In this document: in pieces, positions 26,955 through 37,052 of the stretch
How the letters are laid out: every line of letters begins with the position of its first letter
How positions within the stretch are numbered: the stretch's first letter is position 1
Assembly: GCA_034422515.1 (NCBI GenBank)
Contig: DAOUJP010000020.1
Span: 65,590-129,589, forward strand
Length of the DNA: 64,000 nt
DNA from: Chloroflexota bacterium
Lineage (GTDB): Bacteria > Chloroflexota > UBA11872 > UBA12225 > JAJDUF01
Direction of reading: 5' to 3'
Position numbers and translations under genes: made by a program
The notes under the pieces: generated by a model
What the model saw: the letters and a program-made list of their open reading frames with translations, nothing else
What the model was told of the DNA's origin: nothing
Databases searched by the model: none

Positions 26955-29753
26955 TTGCTCATGCAACCCTGGTACAGAGTGGTCACGCCCCGTCAGGAAG
27001 TCCGGGAGGGCCGGTCGTTCAGTCCGGACGAGTTTGCGATTGCCCTGGAGCAGGTGGTGGCCGGGACCGCGCCACCGGACTACCGCGACCCGGCGCAGTT
27101 CTTCTCGCGCACGTGCTTTACCCGCGCCTTGACGGAACATGCCGGCATGGTGCTCCGGCGCCTATCCGGCCGGACGGAGAACACGGCGCCGGTGCTGACG
27201 CTGATTACGCAGTTCGGCGGCGGGAAGACGCACACGCTCACGTCGCTCTACCACCTCGCCAAGGCGGGGCCGGCCGCCGCCAAGCTACCCGGTGTCGCGG
27301 CGCTGCTACGCGCGGCGGGTATTGCGGAGGCTCCCGCCGCCCGCGTTGGCGTCTTCGTCGGCAATGCCTGGGACCCCGCGCCAGGACGGGAGACACCCTG
27401 GATTGACCTGGCCCGGCAACTGGCCGGCGATGCCGGCGTCGCCGCGCTCGGCGCAACCGCCCGGACCACGCCGCCGGGAACCGAGGCGCTGGCGCGGGTA
27501 TTCGCCGCCGCGGAGGCGCCGGTGCTGCTGCTCTTCGATGAGGTCCTGAACTTCGTCAATCGCCATCGCCGCCTGGCAGATAGCTTCCATGCCTTTCTCC
27601 AGAACCTGACCGTCGCCGTCACCGGCGCGACCCGCGCGGCAGCGGTCATCAGCCTGCCGCGCAGCCAGGTCGAGATGACCGCGCGGGACCAGGAGTGGCA
27701 GGAGCGGATTACCAAGGTCGTGCGCCGCGTTGCCCGCGATCTCATCGCCAACGACGAGTCCGAGATCAGCGAGGTGGTGCGCCGGCGCCTGTTCGAGGAC
27801 CTCGGGAGCAAGCGCGTGCGCCGGAACGTGGCTCGGACCTATGCCGACTGGTGCTTCGAGCGCAGCGCTAGGCTGCCCGCCGAGTGGACGGCCGTGGACA
27901 CCGCGACCACGGACAAGCGGGCCAGAGACTTCCTCCGCAACCGATTCGAAGCCTGCTATCCCTTCCACCCGGCGACGCTGTCCGTCTTCCAGCGCAAGTG
28001 GCGCGCGCTCACCCAATTCCAACAGACTCGCGGGGCGCTGGCGATGCTGGCGCAATGGATTTCCTGGGCCTCGCGCGAGCAGTTCCAGCAGGCGCGGACG
28101 GAGCCGCTGATTACCCTGGGATCGGCGCCGCTGCATGTGCCCGAGTTCCGCGCCGTGGTGCTCGGCCAGCTGGGGGAGCAACGGCTTGACGTGGCCATTG
28201 ACGCCGATATCGCCGGGGAGCTGGCGCACGCCAAGGCCTTGGACGCGGACACCACGGGTGCGCTGCGCGACATCCACTGCCGCGTGGGCACGGCCATCCT
28301 GTTCGAGTCTTCCGGGGGGCAGGTGGACAGAGTGGCCAGCCTGCCGGAACTGCGGTTTGCGCTGGGGGAGGAGCCTGCTGTCGATACCACAACCGTTGAC
28401 AGCACCGCATTAGCGCTGGAGCGATCCGGGTTCTTTATCCGGAAGATTGGTACGGACGGCTATCGCATCCACCATCAAGCGACGCTACGCAAAGTCGTCA
28501 GCGACCGGCGCGCCTCGCTCGACGAGGAGACAGAGATCAAGCCGGCGGTCCGCAAGCTGGTTCAGGGTGAGTTCGCCCGCGACCCGACGATTCCGGTCGC
28601 CTATTTTCCGGAGGATGGGAGCGCGGTGCCGGATTCGCCGCGCCTGACGCTGGTCGTCGTGGACCCCGCTGAGGATTGGGACGGTGGGGGGCTCCTCCGC
28701 GCACGCATCGGCGAGTGGACCAAGGAGCGGGGCCGGTCGCCGCGGCTCTATCCTGGCTCGCTGGTCTGGTGTGCAAAGAAGCCGGGACGGGAGCTGCGGG
28801 AGCGGGTTGCGCTATGGCTCGCCTGGCAGCGCGTGTCGCGCGAGGTTGCAAGCGGCTCGCTCGGTACCGAGTTCGACCGCGGGGAGCGCACCGAAGTGCA
28901 GACCAGGGTCAGGGAGGCGGAGGCGGAGGCCAAAGAGGAGGTGTGGGCCAGTTATCGCTTCGTTGCGCTGCGGGAGGCCCAAGCGGCGGACGAACTGAAG
29001 GTCATAGACCTCGGCGCGGGCCACTCCAGCGCCAGCGGCACCCTCTGCGATCGGATTGTCACCGCCTTGAAGTCCGAGGCGCTGCTGAACGAGTCCGTCG
29101 GAGCCGGGTACATCGAGCGGCATTGGCCGCCGGCCTTTGAGGAGACGGGTGCCTGGCCACTCAGCGGCCTGCGGCGGAGCTTTCTCGACGGCTCGTTGAC
29201 CCGGCTGCTGGATGCGGATGCGGTGCTGCGCCGGAAGATCGTCGAATTCGTGGGTAGTGGGGACTTTGGGCTGGCCTCCGGGGACCGCGGCGACGGCCAA
29301 TATGCGCGGCTGGAGTACGCAGAACAGATTGGGGAGGAAGCGGTCACGTTTGACGACGACATCTTCCTGCTCACCAAGGCCAGGGCTCAACAGGTCCAGG
29401 CCCCTTCCGGCGGCCGGACGCCGCTGCAACCGGTACTCTCGATGGCCCCGTCCACCACCACTGAGCCGGACCCCGATTCTGGTTTGAGCGGCCTCTCGCC
29501 CACTCCCCATCCGCCATCAGGGGGAAAAACGGCAACGCTGCGGCTCACGGGTACTGTGCCGCTGGAACTCTGGAACGGGATCGGGAGCAGAGTGCTAGCT
29601 AGGCTCCGACCCGCAGGAAGCCGGAGCGTGGATGTAGATGTCGCGCTTGCCGTGACGGTTGACGCAGCGCAGGCCCATCACCAAACGATGGAACTGCGGC
29701 AGGCCCTCGCCGACCTGAGACTGGACGATCAGGTGCAGGTGGAAGCATCGTGA
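26955..29753 (+). CDS. DUF499-domain P-loop ATPase ('anti-phage-associated DUF499 protein')
   Basis: 932 aa. Walker A TQFGGGKTHTLTSL and Walker B LLLFDEV. The size and the N-terminal MxxWYRVVTPRQEVREG segment are typical of DUF499 proteins that co-occur with DUF1156 methyltransferases and DUF3883 helicases. Confidence 0.65.
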   Translation: MLMQPWYRVVTPRQEVREGRSFSPDEFAIALEQVVAGTAPPDYRDPAQFFSRTCFTRALTEHAGMVLRRLSGRTENTAPVLTLITQFGGGKTHTLTSLYHLAKAGPAAAKLPGVAALLRAAGIAEAPAARVGVFVGNAWDPAPGRETPWIDLARQLAGDAGVAALGATARTTPPGTEALARVFAAAEAPVLLLFDEVLNFVNRHRRLADSFHAFLQNLTVAVTGATRAAAVISLPRSQVEMTARDQEWQERITKVVRRVARDLIANDESEISEVVRRRLFEDLGSKRVRRNVARTYADWCFERSARLPAEWTAVDTATTDKRARDFLRNRFEACYPFHPATLSVFQRKWRALTQFQQTRGALAMLAQWISWASREQFQQARTEPLITLGSAPLHVPEFRAVVLGQLGEQRLDVAIDADIAGELAHAKALDADTTGALRDIHCRVGTAILFESSGGQVDRVASLPELRFALGEEPAVDTTTVDSTALALERSGFFIRKIGTDGYRIHHQATLRKVVSDRRASLDEETEIKPAVRKLVQGEFARDPTIPVAYFPEDGSAVPDSPRLTLVVVDPAEDWDGGGLLRARIGEWTKERGRSPRLYPGSLVWCAKKPGRELRERVALWLAWQRVSREVASGSLGTEFDRGERTEVQTRVREAEAEAKEEVWASYRFVALREAQAADELKVIDLGAGHSSASGTLCDRIVTALKSEALLNESVGAGYIERHWPPAFEETGAWPLSGLRRSFLDGSLTRLLDADAVLRRKIVEFVGSGDFGLASGDRGDGQYARLEYAEQIGEEAVTFDDDIFLLTKARAQQVQAPSGGRTPLQPVLSMAPSTTTEPDPDSGLSGLSPTPHPPSGGKTATLRLTGTVPLELWNGIGSRVLARLRPAGSRSVDVDVALAVTVDAAQAHHQTMELRQALADLRLDDQVQVEAS

Positions 29754-30081
29754 TCGCCAGCCCGAACCGCCACAACACGGCGATGCCTGGAGGGAATAGC
29801 CACGTGGTGGGTGTGGGCGGCGGTGGCTTGGCAAGATGCTGGAATCTGTCCGAGCACCAACCGTCCTTGACACCGAGGCTGTGCAGAAACTGAGGCTGGG
29901 CTGCCCCTGGTAGGTCGGGAGGGGCATTCTTCTGGGACGTCAGCGGGGTGGCTACGCTCGTAGTCGTTATCGCCGTGGGCATATAGTTCCAGGAAGAGTG
30001 GGGGATAGTGAACCGTTTCGGTGGAGTTGTCCCCACCGGGACGGGCTTAAACGCAAGAAGCCCGCATATAGGGGGAGGCAG

Positions 30082-30116
30082 GGGAAGCCATCGCTGGCAA
30101 TGCGATGGCTTCCCCT
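30082..30116. terminator. Bidirectional hairpin terminator (GGGGAAGCCATCGC-TGGCAA-TGCGATGGCTTCCCC) between the convergent DUF499 and helicase genes
   Basis: Perfect 14-bp inverted repeat immediately 3' of the minus-strand helicase stop (30127) and ~330 nt after the DUF499 stop. Confidence 0.5.
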
Positions 30117-30126
30117 ACTGGAGCGA

Positions 30127-32427
30127 TCAGCGTCCCGCGCTGACCAACTTGGCCTCCTGCTCTTGAGCCACCAGCCACTCGAAGAGCGGCAGGGTCGCGG
30201 GCGACTGTTTGCGCCGGCCCTTTGGCTTCGCGGGTTCCTGGGCCAGGAACTCTGCCCAGGAGAACAGTTCCTCTTGCTGCGGTGCCGGGTCGTCGTCGTG
30301 CCGACGTTTGCCGTTGACCGCTACCGCTGCTTCACCCTTGCCGTTCGCCCCGCTGGCGGGGGCCGCGACCACCATCGGCTCGCTTGCGACGGCCTGCCAG
30401 CCCTCGTCCACCAGCAACGTCTCGGCGTCGGCTGCGGCTGCCTGCGCTTGGGCGAACACCGCTGCCACCGCCTCGGTTGCCGCCGGCTCATCCCCACTGA
30501 CGATCTGGCGGGCCAGCGCCAGCAGCAGGTCGTCGCCATCGTCCCCGTAGGCGGCCAGCCCCTCCTCCGGCAGCTCCCCCTCCACCGCCAGCGAGCTTTG
30601 CAGCTTCTTCGCCACCAGTGTCAGGGCATCGGCCTGCAAGGTCTGCCGGTAGGCCAGGTAGACTACCTGCACCGGCCGGGTCTGCCCGATCCGCCAGGAC
30701 CGGCGCGAGGCCTGCCGCAGCGTGTAGACCGAGTAGTCCGTCTCGTACCAGCAGACGGTCGCAAAGTCGATCAGGTCCAAGCCCGTCTGCACCAGCCGGG
30801 GATGACACACCAGCACGTCCAGGCCTTCCTCGACCCGCTCCGCCACCCACGCTTCGCGGCGGTCAGGCTTCACCGCGTCCGCCTTCAACACGGCCACCCG
30901 GGCGCCCTGCCGGGTGAGCAGCGCGTGCAGCCGCCCGGTGATGTCCCGCGTGCCGGTATGGGTGACGTAGACCAGCACCCGGCGCCCGGCACGGCGCTCC
31001 GTTGCCACCAGGTCCAGCAAGGCCTGCTCCTTCGGATACACGCGCTCCGCGGACAAGGGCGGTACCTGGACCAGGGGGTGCTGCGTCTGCGGATCGAAGA
31101 CCGTCTCGCCGCGGGTGCAGCCGTCGGGGTAGGCCAGCAGGGTTTGCAGGTAGGCGCCCAGCAGCCGCTTGGACCCCTGGGACAGCGCAGCGGCCAGGGC
31201 CTTGCGCAGCGTGGTGAAGACGGCCTGGTAGGCGCTGCGCTGGGAATACCCCGTCTCATCCGGCGTGTCGTCGAGGTCCACCAGGCGTACCTGCTCGGTG
31301 TAGGGCGGTAAGCCACTGGCCACGTCGGCGAGGCGCAGGAAGACGGTGTGCCCGATGAGGTGGAACAGGGCGGCCGGGGCCAGGCCGGGCCGCTCCCGGA
31401 TCACCGTGCGGTAGCGCCGGCGCCGGCTGTGGCGGCCGTCCTCCAGCGGCTCATCGGCCGGCCGGCGGACGGTGTGCTCGACAAACCCGTAGCGGGCGAT
31501 CCAGCGGGACTCTTCGTGGTGCGCGAACTCCGCCCGCAGGGCCGGGGAGAACCGGTAGAGCAGGTGGAAGAGGGTGCTGGCGTAGCCACCGGCCAGGGTG
31601 CCGGTGAGCGCCAGGGAGGTCCCGCAGACGTCGGCCAGAATGCCGGCGGCGATGCCCTGGGCGGACCCGCGCCCCTTGTATTCATGCACCTCGTCGGCGA
31701 TCAGCAGGTCGAACCAACCCGGCAGCCGCTGCTTGATGTAGTCGGCGAGGGGATAGCGGCGGGGACCGCGGCGGTCGGCCTGCCAGAGGGCGGCGCCGCA
31801 CGCACTACAGCGGCGCTTGCGGCGGGCCAGCTCCGCGTCCGTCAGGGGCACGCCGTCGGAGGTGACTACCTGGGTGGCACAGACGGGGCACGTCGGGACG
31901 CGGAACGGTTCCCCCGTGGCCTCGTCCCGCAGCAGCCGCCCGTCGGCGGTGGCCCAGCGTTGAGTGACAGCGGGCTGCCAGCGGTAGGAGAGCTTGGCGC
32001 GCTCGCGGGACATGATGGCGAAGAGCGGGCCGGGGCCGCTGGCGTGGCGCAGCCGCTCCAGGTCCGTGATGGAGGTGACGATGGCGGCGCGGGCACCGGG
32101 GATGGTGGCTTCCACCTCCCGCTGCCACTTCCGGGTCAGGTGGGGTGGGACCAGCACCAGGATGCGCTGGCAGCCGGCCAGGTGGGCGGCGGCGGTGGCG
32201 ATGAAGGTCTTGCCGGTACCCATCTCGCCGACGACGGTGGTGCCGCGCTGGGTGGTGAGGGAGTGGGCGGTGCCCCGAATGGCGGTTTCCTGGGCCCCCA
32301 GCGGGGTGCGCAGCAACGGGGGCAGCGGCCGGTCGTCCCGGGCGGGCCGGTACTGGGGTGGGTAGGAGTCCACCACCCGCTGGGCGATGGCGTCCTTGTA
32401 GGTGTCGAGGAACGTGCTCAGGTTCAT
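30127..32427 (-). CDS. DEAD/DEAH (SF2, SNF2-like) helicase with an internal zinc-ribbon (phage/ICE replication module)
   Basis: Walker A GEMGTGKTF, DEVH box (LLIADEVHEYKG), a CPVC...CSAC zinc ribbon, and a helicase C-terminal domain (VCHPRLVQTGLDL). Confidence 0.6.
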   Translation of the reverse strand: MNLSTFLDTYKDAIAQRVVDSYPPQYRPARDDRPLPPLLRTPLGAQETAIRGTAHSLTTQRGTTVVGEMGTGKTFIATAAAHLAGCQRILVLVPPHLTRKWQREVEATIPGARAAIVTSITDLERLRHASGPGPLFAIMSRERAKLSYRWQPAVTQRWATADGRLLRDEATGEPFRVPTCPVCATQVVTSDGVPLTDAELARRKRRCSACGAALWQADRRGPRRYPLADYIKQRLPGWFDLLIADEVHEYKGRGSAQGIAAGILADVCGTSLALTGTLAGGYASTLFHLLYRFSPALRAEFAHHEESRWIARYGFVEHTVRRPADEPLEDGRHSRRRRYRTVIRERPGLAPAALFHLIGHTVFLRLADVASGLPPYTEQVRLVDLDDTPDETGYSQRSAYQAVFTTLRKALAAALSQGSKRLLGAYLQTLLAYPDGCTRGETVFDPQTQHPLVQVPPLSAERVYPKEQALLDLVATERRAGRRVLVYVTHTGTRDITGRLHALLTRQGARVAVLKADAVKPDRREAWVAERVEEGLDVLVCHPRLVQTGLDLIDFATVCWYETDYSVYTLRQASRRSWRIGQTRPVQVVYLAYRQTLQADALTLVAKKLQSSLAVEGELPEEGLAAYGDDGDDLLLALARQIVSGDEPAATEAVAAVFAQAQAAAADAETLLVDEGWQAVASEPMVVAAPASGANGKGEAAVAVNGKRRHDDDPAPQQEELFSWAEFLAQEPAKPKGRRKQSPATLPLFEWLVAQEQEAKLVSAGR

Positions 32428-32608
32428 GCTGCTCTCCTTTCTTCCCTTCGGTTGCGGTGAGTCGGTCGGGGGTCGGTCGTGTGCAGTGGGTGGGGGTAAC
32501 TTGGGGGAGGCGCCGGGGTAGGAAAAACGGACGCGGCCCCGCCGTTCCGAGGCCGGAACAACGAGGCCGCGTGGGATCGTAGGACGGTGCCGACTATGGG
32601 GGAACGCG

Positions 32609-33646
32609 CTAGGCGGCGATGTCGGTGATGGCGCCGGTGTGCAGGTCGAGGGCGACCACCGTGGTGTGCAGCCGCTCGCGGCGCACTTCCTGCTCGCGGG
32701 TGCGCTCCACCAGCACCAGCTCCTTGGCCGTGCGCCCCTTCACCAGCAGGCGCTGGCCGTTGGCCTCCAGGCAGAGGTTGTCCAAGAAGCCGGCGGCCAC
32801 CAGCATGGCCAGATGCCCGCGGCGCAGCGGCAGCAGCGGCCGGGGGCGCGGCGTCTCTGGCGGCCAGAGCGCGTCGGTGACGGTGGCGTGGGTCCACAGG
32901 CCGCTGCGCCGGGCCTCGGCCGCCGCGGCCAGCGGATCGACCGTGCGGGTGCTGAACAGCAGGTCGCCGGCCGGGGTGGCCGGCACGGTGTAGCGCGGCG
33001 TGGGCGCCGGCGTCAGTTCCCGTAGCGCCTCTGCCGCCCAGCGGTGGATCTGCCGCTCGGCGGCCGGGTCGGGCTGGGGCCGGGCGCGCCGGCAGCCGGT
33101 GAGCACGACCTGGTCGAAGGCCGCCCGCTCCGGACGGGGGAAGGCCCAGCAGGCCAGGCGCCGGTAGTGGGCGGCAAGGAAGCGAGCCGAGACCGGCAGG
33201 CGGCGCCGGGGGACGATGAAGACGAGCACGCCATGCTCGGCCAGGTAGCGGGTGCAGTGCCGCAGGAAGCGGTGCTCGGACCGCTGCTGTTCGCCGTCGT
33301 GGTCATAGGGGGGATTCAAGAGTAGCAGGCCGAAGGCGCGGTTGGCGATGGCGGCGGCGAAGAGGTCGGTGGCCAGGGTGTGATCCAGGCGGGTGGTGGC
33401 CTGGGCGGACCGCTCCTGGTGCAACTCGACGCCGTAGGTCTCCAGGGACAGGGCGCTGTACGGATGCAGGCGGCTGGCGAGGTGGGCCAGAGCGGCCCCG
33501 GCGCCGCAACAGGGGTCGAGCAGGCGGACGGTGCCGTGAGACCCGGCGGGGCGGCGGGCCGGTGGACGCAGCAGGGTGGCCAGCCGGTCGAGGACGCGCG
33601 GCGGGGTGGGATAGAACCCCCCTTTGGCTTGAGCGGCTAGACGCAT
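32609..33646 (-). CDS. N6-adenine DNA methyltransferase (NPPY class)
   Basis: SAM motif LDPCCGAGAAL and catalytic LLNPPYDHDG. Adjacent to the helicase in a phage-like arrangement. Confidence 0.6.
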   Translation of the reverse strand: MRLAAQAKGGFYPTPPRVLDRLATLLRPPARRPAGSHGTVRLLDPCCGAGAALAHLASRLHPYSALSLETYGVELHQERSAQATTRLDHTLATDLFAAAIANRAFGLLLLNPPYDHDGEQQRSEHRFLRHCTRYLAEHGVLVFIVPRRRLPVSARFLAAHYRRLACWAFPRPERAAFDQVVLTGCRRARPQPDPAAERQIHRWAAEALRELTPAPTPRYTVPATPAGDLLFSTRTVDPLAAAAEARRSGLWTHATVTDALWPPETPRPRPLLPLRRGHLAMLVAAGFLDNLCLEANGQRLLVKGRTAKELVLVERTREQEVRRERLHTTVVALDLHTGAITDIAA

Positions 33647-34332
33647 GGTGGGTCTCCTTTCTCCTCATTGGTGGTGTGACTGGCTGCCGGTGCCGCTGCC
33701 GGCTCGTCCAGGGTGAGCGTGCCGGCGGCGACGGCGTGGGCGAGGTCGGCCTGGAGGGCGGTGGCGTGGGGCCGGCAGTCGTAGGCGACGAGGCCGGCGG
33801 TTTGCAGCGGGGTGATCTCCTCCTGGGCCAGGCCGCGCTGCCAGAGCCAGGCGGCCCAGGAGTGGTGCAGCGGCAGGGGACTGCGCCGGTCCAGGAAGCG
33901 ATGGTGCAACTGGGGTGCGTCCGCTTCGTGTGGGGCCAGCAGCAGGAACTGCTCGCGCTCGGTGGCGTACTCGGCCAGCGTGGTGTAGACCAGCGCGTGC
34001 CAGCCGCCACAGACCGGCAGCCGCGTGAGCTTGGTAGTCCAGGTACCGACGGTGTGGGCGGGAATAACACAACGCTGGAAGCTGCCGGCGAGCGCGGTGC
34101 CCTCGGCGCCGGGGATGAGGTGGGCGACGGCGGGCGGCTGCTTGAGCAGGGCGGCCCAGATGGCCTTGAGGGCGGTTTGGGCGCCGACCAGGGAGAGGAA
34201 CCAGAGGCCGTCGGTGGCCGGGTCGCGGGCGAAGGCGTCGGCGGTGGCGGTGAAGCCGCCGGCCGTGACCGTGTACAGCGTGGCGGGGTCCAGGGTGGTC
34301 GGCGGGGTGGGGTGGGTGCTGGTCATGTCCAT
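33637..34332 (-). CDS. Hypothetical protein (231 aa)
   Basis: C-terminal part of the track ORF 33637..35013. MDMTSTHPT is the first Met after the upstream RadC gene ends. Not low-complexity, unlike the upstream read-through. Confidence 0.35.
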   Translation of the reverse strand: MDMTSTHPTPPTTLDPATLYTVTAGGFTATADAFARDPATDGLWFLSLVGAQTALKAIWAALLKQPPAVAHLIPGAEGTALAGSFQRCVIPAHTVGTWTTKLTRLPVCGGWHALVYTTLAEYATEREQFLLLAPHEADAPQLHHRFLDRRSPLPLHHSWAAWLWQRGLAQEEITPLQTAGLVAYDCRPHATALQADLAHAVAAGTLTLDEPAAAPAASHTTNEEKGDPPCV

Positions 34333-34376
34333 GCTCCTTTCGTTGTTGGGTGGGGTGCCGGACGGGCCCTCGGGTC

Positions 34377-34889
34377 CTAGCTGGGCAGCAGCCCCTGCTC
34401 CCGCAGGCTCACGGCGCGGTCGCCACCGATCACGATGTGGTCGAGCAGCGCGATGTCCAGGAGCTGCGCGGCGGCCATCAACTCCTTGGTGACGGCGACG
34501 TCCGCCGGGCTGGGCGTGGGATCCCCCGAGGGATGGTTGTGGACGACGATGAGGCCCGGGGCGGCCGCGACGATGGCCGGGCGGAACACCTCGGCGGCGC
34601 GGATGCGCGCCGCGTCGACGGTGCCCTGGTAGATCACCCGTTGACCCACCACGCGGTGCTTGGTGTTGAGCAGCAGCACGCGCAGCTGCTCCTGCACCAG
34701 TGGCGCCAACTCCGGCCCCACCAGTTGCTGCACGTCGGCGGGGCCGGAGATCGTGGGCCAGTCGGCGGGCGCACCAGGGGGCTGGGTGTCGACCTCGTAG
34801 CGCAGGGCCAGTTCGCCCAGCACCTGCAGGTTTTGGCGCAGGGCCGCCAGCAGGGAGGCGGTGGGTGGTTCGTAGGTGGTCGTGGTCAT
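34377..34889 (-). CDS. RadC-like JAB-domain protein
   Basis: The HNHPSGDPTPSPAD (JAMM-like HNHPSG) motif defines the RadC/DUF2466 family, common in phage and ICE modules. Confidence 0.6.
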   Translation of the reverse strand: MTTTTYEPPTASLLAALRQNLQVLGELALRYEVDTQPPGAPADWPTISGPADVQQLVGPELAPLVQEQLRVLLLNTKHRVVGQRVIYQGTVDAARIRAAEVFRPAIVAAAPGLIVVHNHPSGDPTPSPADVAVTKELMAAAQLLDIALLDHIVIGGDRAVSLREQGLLPS

Positions 34890-34996
34890 CGCACGCTCCT
34901 TTCAGACGGTGTGGGGGAAAACGAAAGCGGGGCCGCCCCCCGGCAGTGGGAGGCGGCCCCGCGTGGTGGGCAGCTACGACGATCCCGGGGCTGCGG

Positions 34997-35755
34997 TTAC
35001 GGTCCTGGCTCACTCCTTTCAGCCGGACTGACCGGCGCTAGTTTCTGAGCGGCGCCTTCGACCAAGGGCAGCAACTTGGCGGCGGGCACGGCGTCCAGGT
35101 CCTGGCCCAGCCGTTGGCGCACGGCCGTGCGGACCTGCGCGGCGGCGAAGCCCTGTTGGGCGCCCAGGGCCAGCAGCGTCTGGCGCAGTGGCGCGGCCCA
35201 GGTGTCGGTGCCGCCGTTCCCGCCATCACCGGCGAGGTCGTTGCCGAACTGCGCCCCCAGCGTGCGCAGCGCCCGCTTCAATGCGTCGGTCACGGCGCCC
35301 TTGTAGGCCGTCTCGTGGCCCTGGGCGCTCTCCTCGGCCACCACCCGGAAGCCCACGTCGGTGCGCGGGGGCATGCCCGGCACGTGCAGCCGGACGGTGG
35401 CGGTGTAGGCCGTGGTGTGCGCGACGGCGCCGGTCTGGGCGTCGCGGGTGGTGATGTCCCGCGGGGTGACCGCGCCGACGAGGTCATAGCCCCAGCCGCC
35501 GTAGCCGAGCAGGCGGTTGGCCTGCTGGATGGCGACCCGTCCGGGGAGATAGGGGAAGGTGTGCCCGGCGCGACCCTTCCGTTGCGCGACGAGGCTGGGG
35601 TCCAAGGGCGCGTCCAGTTGCTGGGCGACGGCGGGAGCCAGACCGGTCCACTGGCGGTCGGGCGCCAGATCACCGACGGGTTCCGTCCTCGCCAGGGGCG
35701 CGGATGCGGCGGGGATACCATTGCTGCGTTCGTTGCTGCGGGTGACGTTGGACAT
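34997..35755 (-). CDS. Rad52/Rad22-family single-strand annealing protein (phage recombinase)
   Basis: FPYLPGRVAIQQANRLLGYGGWGYDL...RDITTRD...AYKGAVTDALKRALRTLGAQFGNDL matches the Rad52_Rad22 N-terminal annealing domain. Confidence 0.6.
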   Translation of the reverse strand: MSNVTRSNERSNGIPAASAPLARTEPVGDLAPDRQWTGLAPAVAQQLDAPLDPSLVAQRKGRAGHTFPYLPGRVAIQQANRLLGYGGWGYDLVGAVTPRDITTRDAQTGAVAHTTAYTATVRLHVPGMPPRTDVGFRVVAEESAQGHETAYKGAVTDALKRALRTLGAQFGNDLAGDGGNGGTDTWAAPLRQTLLALGAQQGFAAAQVRTAVRQRLGQDLDAVPAAKLLPLVEGAAQKLAPVSPAERSEPGP

Positions 35756-35993
35756 CGGATACTCCTTCCTTCCTTGCTGCGTTGTCGGTTCTCGGTGGAC
35801 AGCGGCGTGCTGGGGCGCGCGGCAGTACGGAGGGACAGCGGGCCGTCAACCGGGGGGGCCGGGCGACGGAGGGTAGGAACCGGCTGGGGATAGCCGGTGC
35901 GCGCGGCGCTGGGACGCGGGAGCGTCAGTCGTGCGCAGCGGTGCCACTGAGGGAAGCGGCCCGGTGGCAGCGTGGCCAGCGGGGGATCGCCGG

Positions 35994-37052
35994 CTACCGC
36001 GGCCGTTGTGCGGTGGCCAGCCGGCGCCGGAACACCGCGCGACCATCCGGCCGGGTGGCCAGGTCGGCCACATCGCTGACCCCTGGCGGGAGGGTGATGG
36101 TGGTAGCCCGCTGCCCCAGCAGTTCGGTGAGCCGCGCCGCGGCTGCCCGACCCGCGGCGTCGGCGTCGAAGGCCAGCACCACGCGGGGGCAGGTGCGCAG
36201 GGCGGCGGCGACCCGGTCCAGGCCCTGGGTGCCCAGCACCGCAGCCGCCGGCAGGCCCCATTCCACCAGCGTGAGCCAGTCGAACAGCCCCTCGGTCAGC
36301 ACCACCCGCGGCGGCGCCGCACCCAGGCGTCCCAGGCCCAGCAGTGGCTTCGGGCCGGGCAGCGTCTGGAAGCGGGGGATGCGTTCCGGCGCGATGGCCC
36401 GCCCCGCCAGCCACCGCACCTGGCGGTCACGCACTGCCGGCACCACCACCATGCCGGCGAACCGCTCGGCACCCCGCCCGACGAACAGTCCCGATGCCCG
36501 CTGCTGCGCCGCGTCGAAGCCGGCAGCAGTCAGGGCGCCACGCAGCCCGCGCCCTGGGGCATAGCCCAGCCCCAGGCGCCTAGCCGTTGCGGGGCTGATG
36601 CCGCGGCTCGCCAGGTATGCCCGCCCTTGGGGGTACCGCCACAGCGCCCGGTGATAGCAGCGGGCCGCCGCCGTCAGCAGCGCCGGGTCGCGCGGGGGCC
36701 GGGCGGTGGCGTGGGGCCGACTGCGGGTGGCTAGGGCCGGGGGCCGCGCGTGTGCTGGTGTGGCCAGGCCCGCCCCGCCGTCGAGGCGCCGGATGGCTTG
36801 GGGCAGGGTCAGGCCTTCCACGCGCTGTACGAAGTCCAGCACGTCGCCGCTGGCGCCACAGCCGAAGCAGTGGAAGCGGGCGGTGTCGCCGTACACCGTG
36901 AAGCTGCCCTCGGTCTCGTCGTGGAAGGGACACCGGCCCTGGCGGACGCGGCCTTGGCCCCGCAGTTGCACGCCGGCCGCCAGGACCACGTCGGCCAGCG
37001 GGTGCCGCTGCTTGAGCGCGGCGAGGTCTACGAACTGCTGGGCTACCACCAT
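35994..37052 (-). CDS. DnaG-like DNA primase (CHC2 zinc finger + Toprim)
   Basis: CPFHDETEGSFTVY...FHCFGCGASGD zinc finger, and Toprim (VVLTEGLFDWL...VVLAFDADAAG). Confidence 0.6.
   Translation of the reverse strand: MVVAQQFVDLAALKQRHPLADVVLAAGVQLRGQGRVRQGRCPFHDETEGSFTVYGDTARFHCFGCGASGDVLDFVQRVEGLTLPQAIRRLDGGAGLATPAHARPPALATRSRPHATARPPRDPALLTAAARCYHRALWRYPQGRAYLASRGISPATARRLGLGYAPGRGLRGALTAAGFDAAQQRASGLFVGRGAERFAGMVVVPAVRDRQVRWLAGRAIAPERIPRFQTLPGPKPLLGLGRLGAAPPRVVLTEGLFDWLTLVEWGLPAAAVLGTQGLDRVAAALRTCPRVVLAFDADAAGRAAAARLTELLGQRATTITLPPGVSDVADLATRPDGRAVFRRRLATAQRPR

Noticed and set aside
29998-32460. Two long plus-strand ORFs (437 and 370 aa) antisense to the DEVH helicase gene
   Set aside because: Gly/Arg/Leu-rich low-complexity products; the minus strand encodes a helicase with Walker A, DEVH and zinc-ribbon motifs.
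33637-35013. 458-aa minus-strand ORF spanning the hypothetical, RadC-like and part of the Rad52-like genes
   Set aside because: The upstream 227 aa are Gly/Arg/Pro/His-rich read-through in an alternative frame over two genes with clear family signatures. Only the C-terminal 231 aa (33637-34332) are kept as a gene.
35114-36564. Several plus- and minus-strand ORFs (259-374 aa) overlapping the primase and Rad52 genes
   Set aside because: Pro/Ala/Arg/Gly-rich with no motifs; these are shadow frames of confidently assigned genes.
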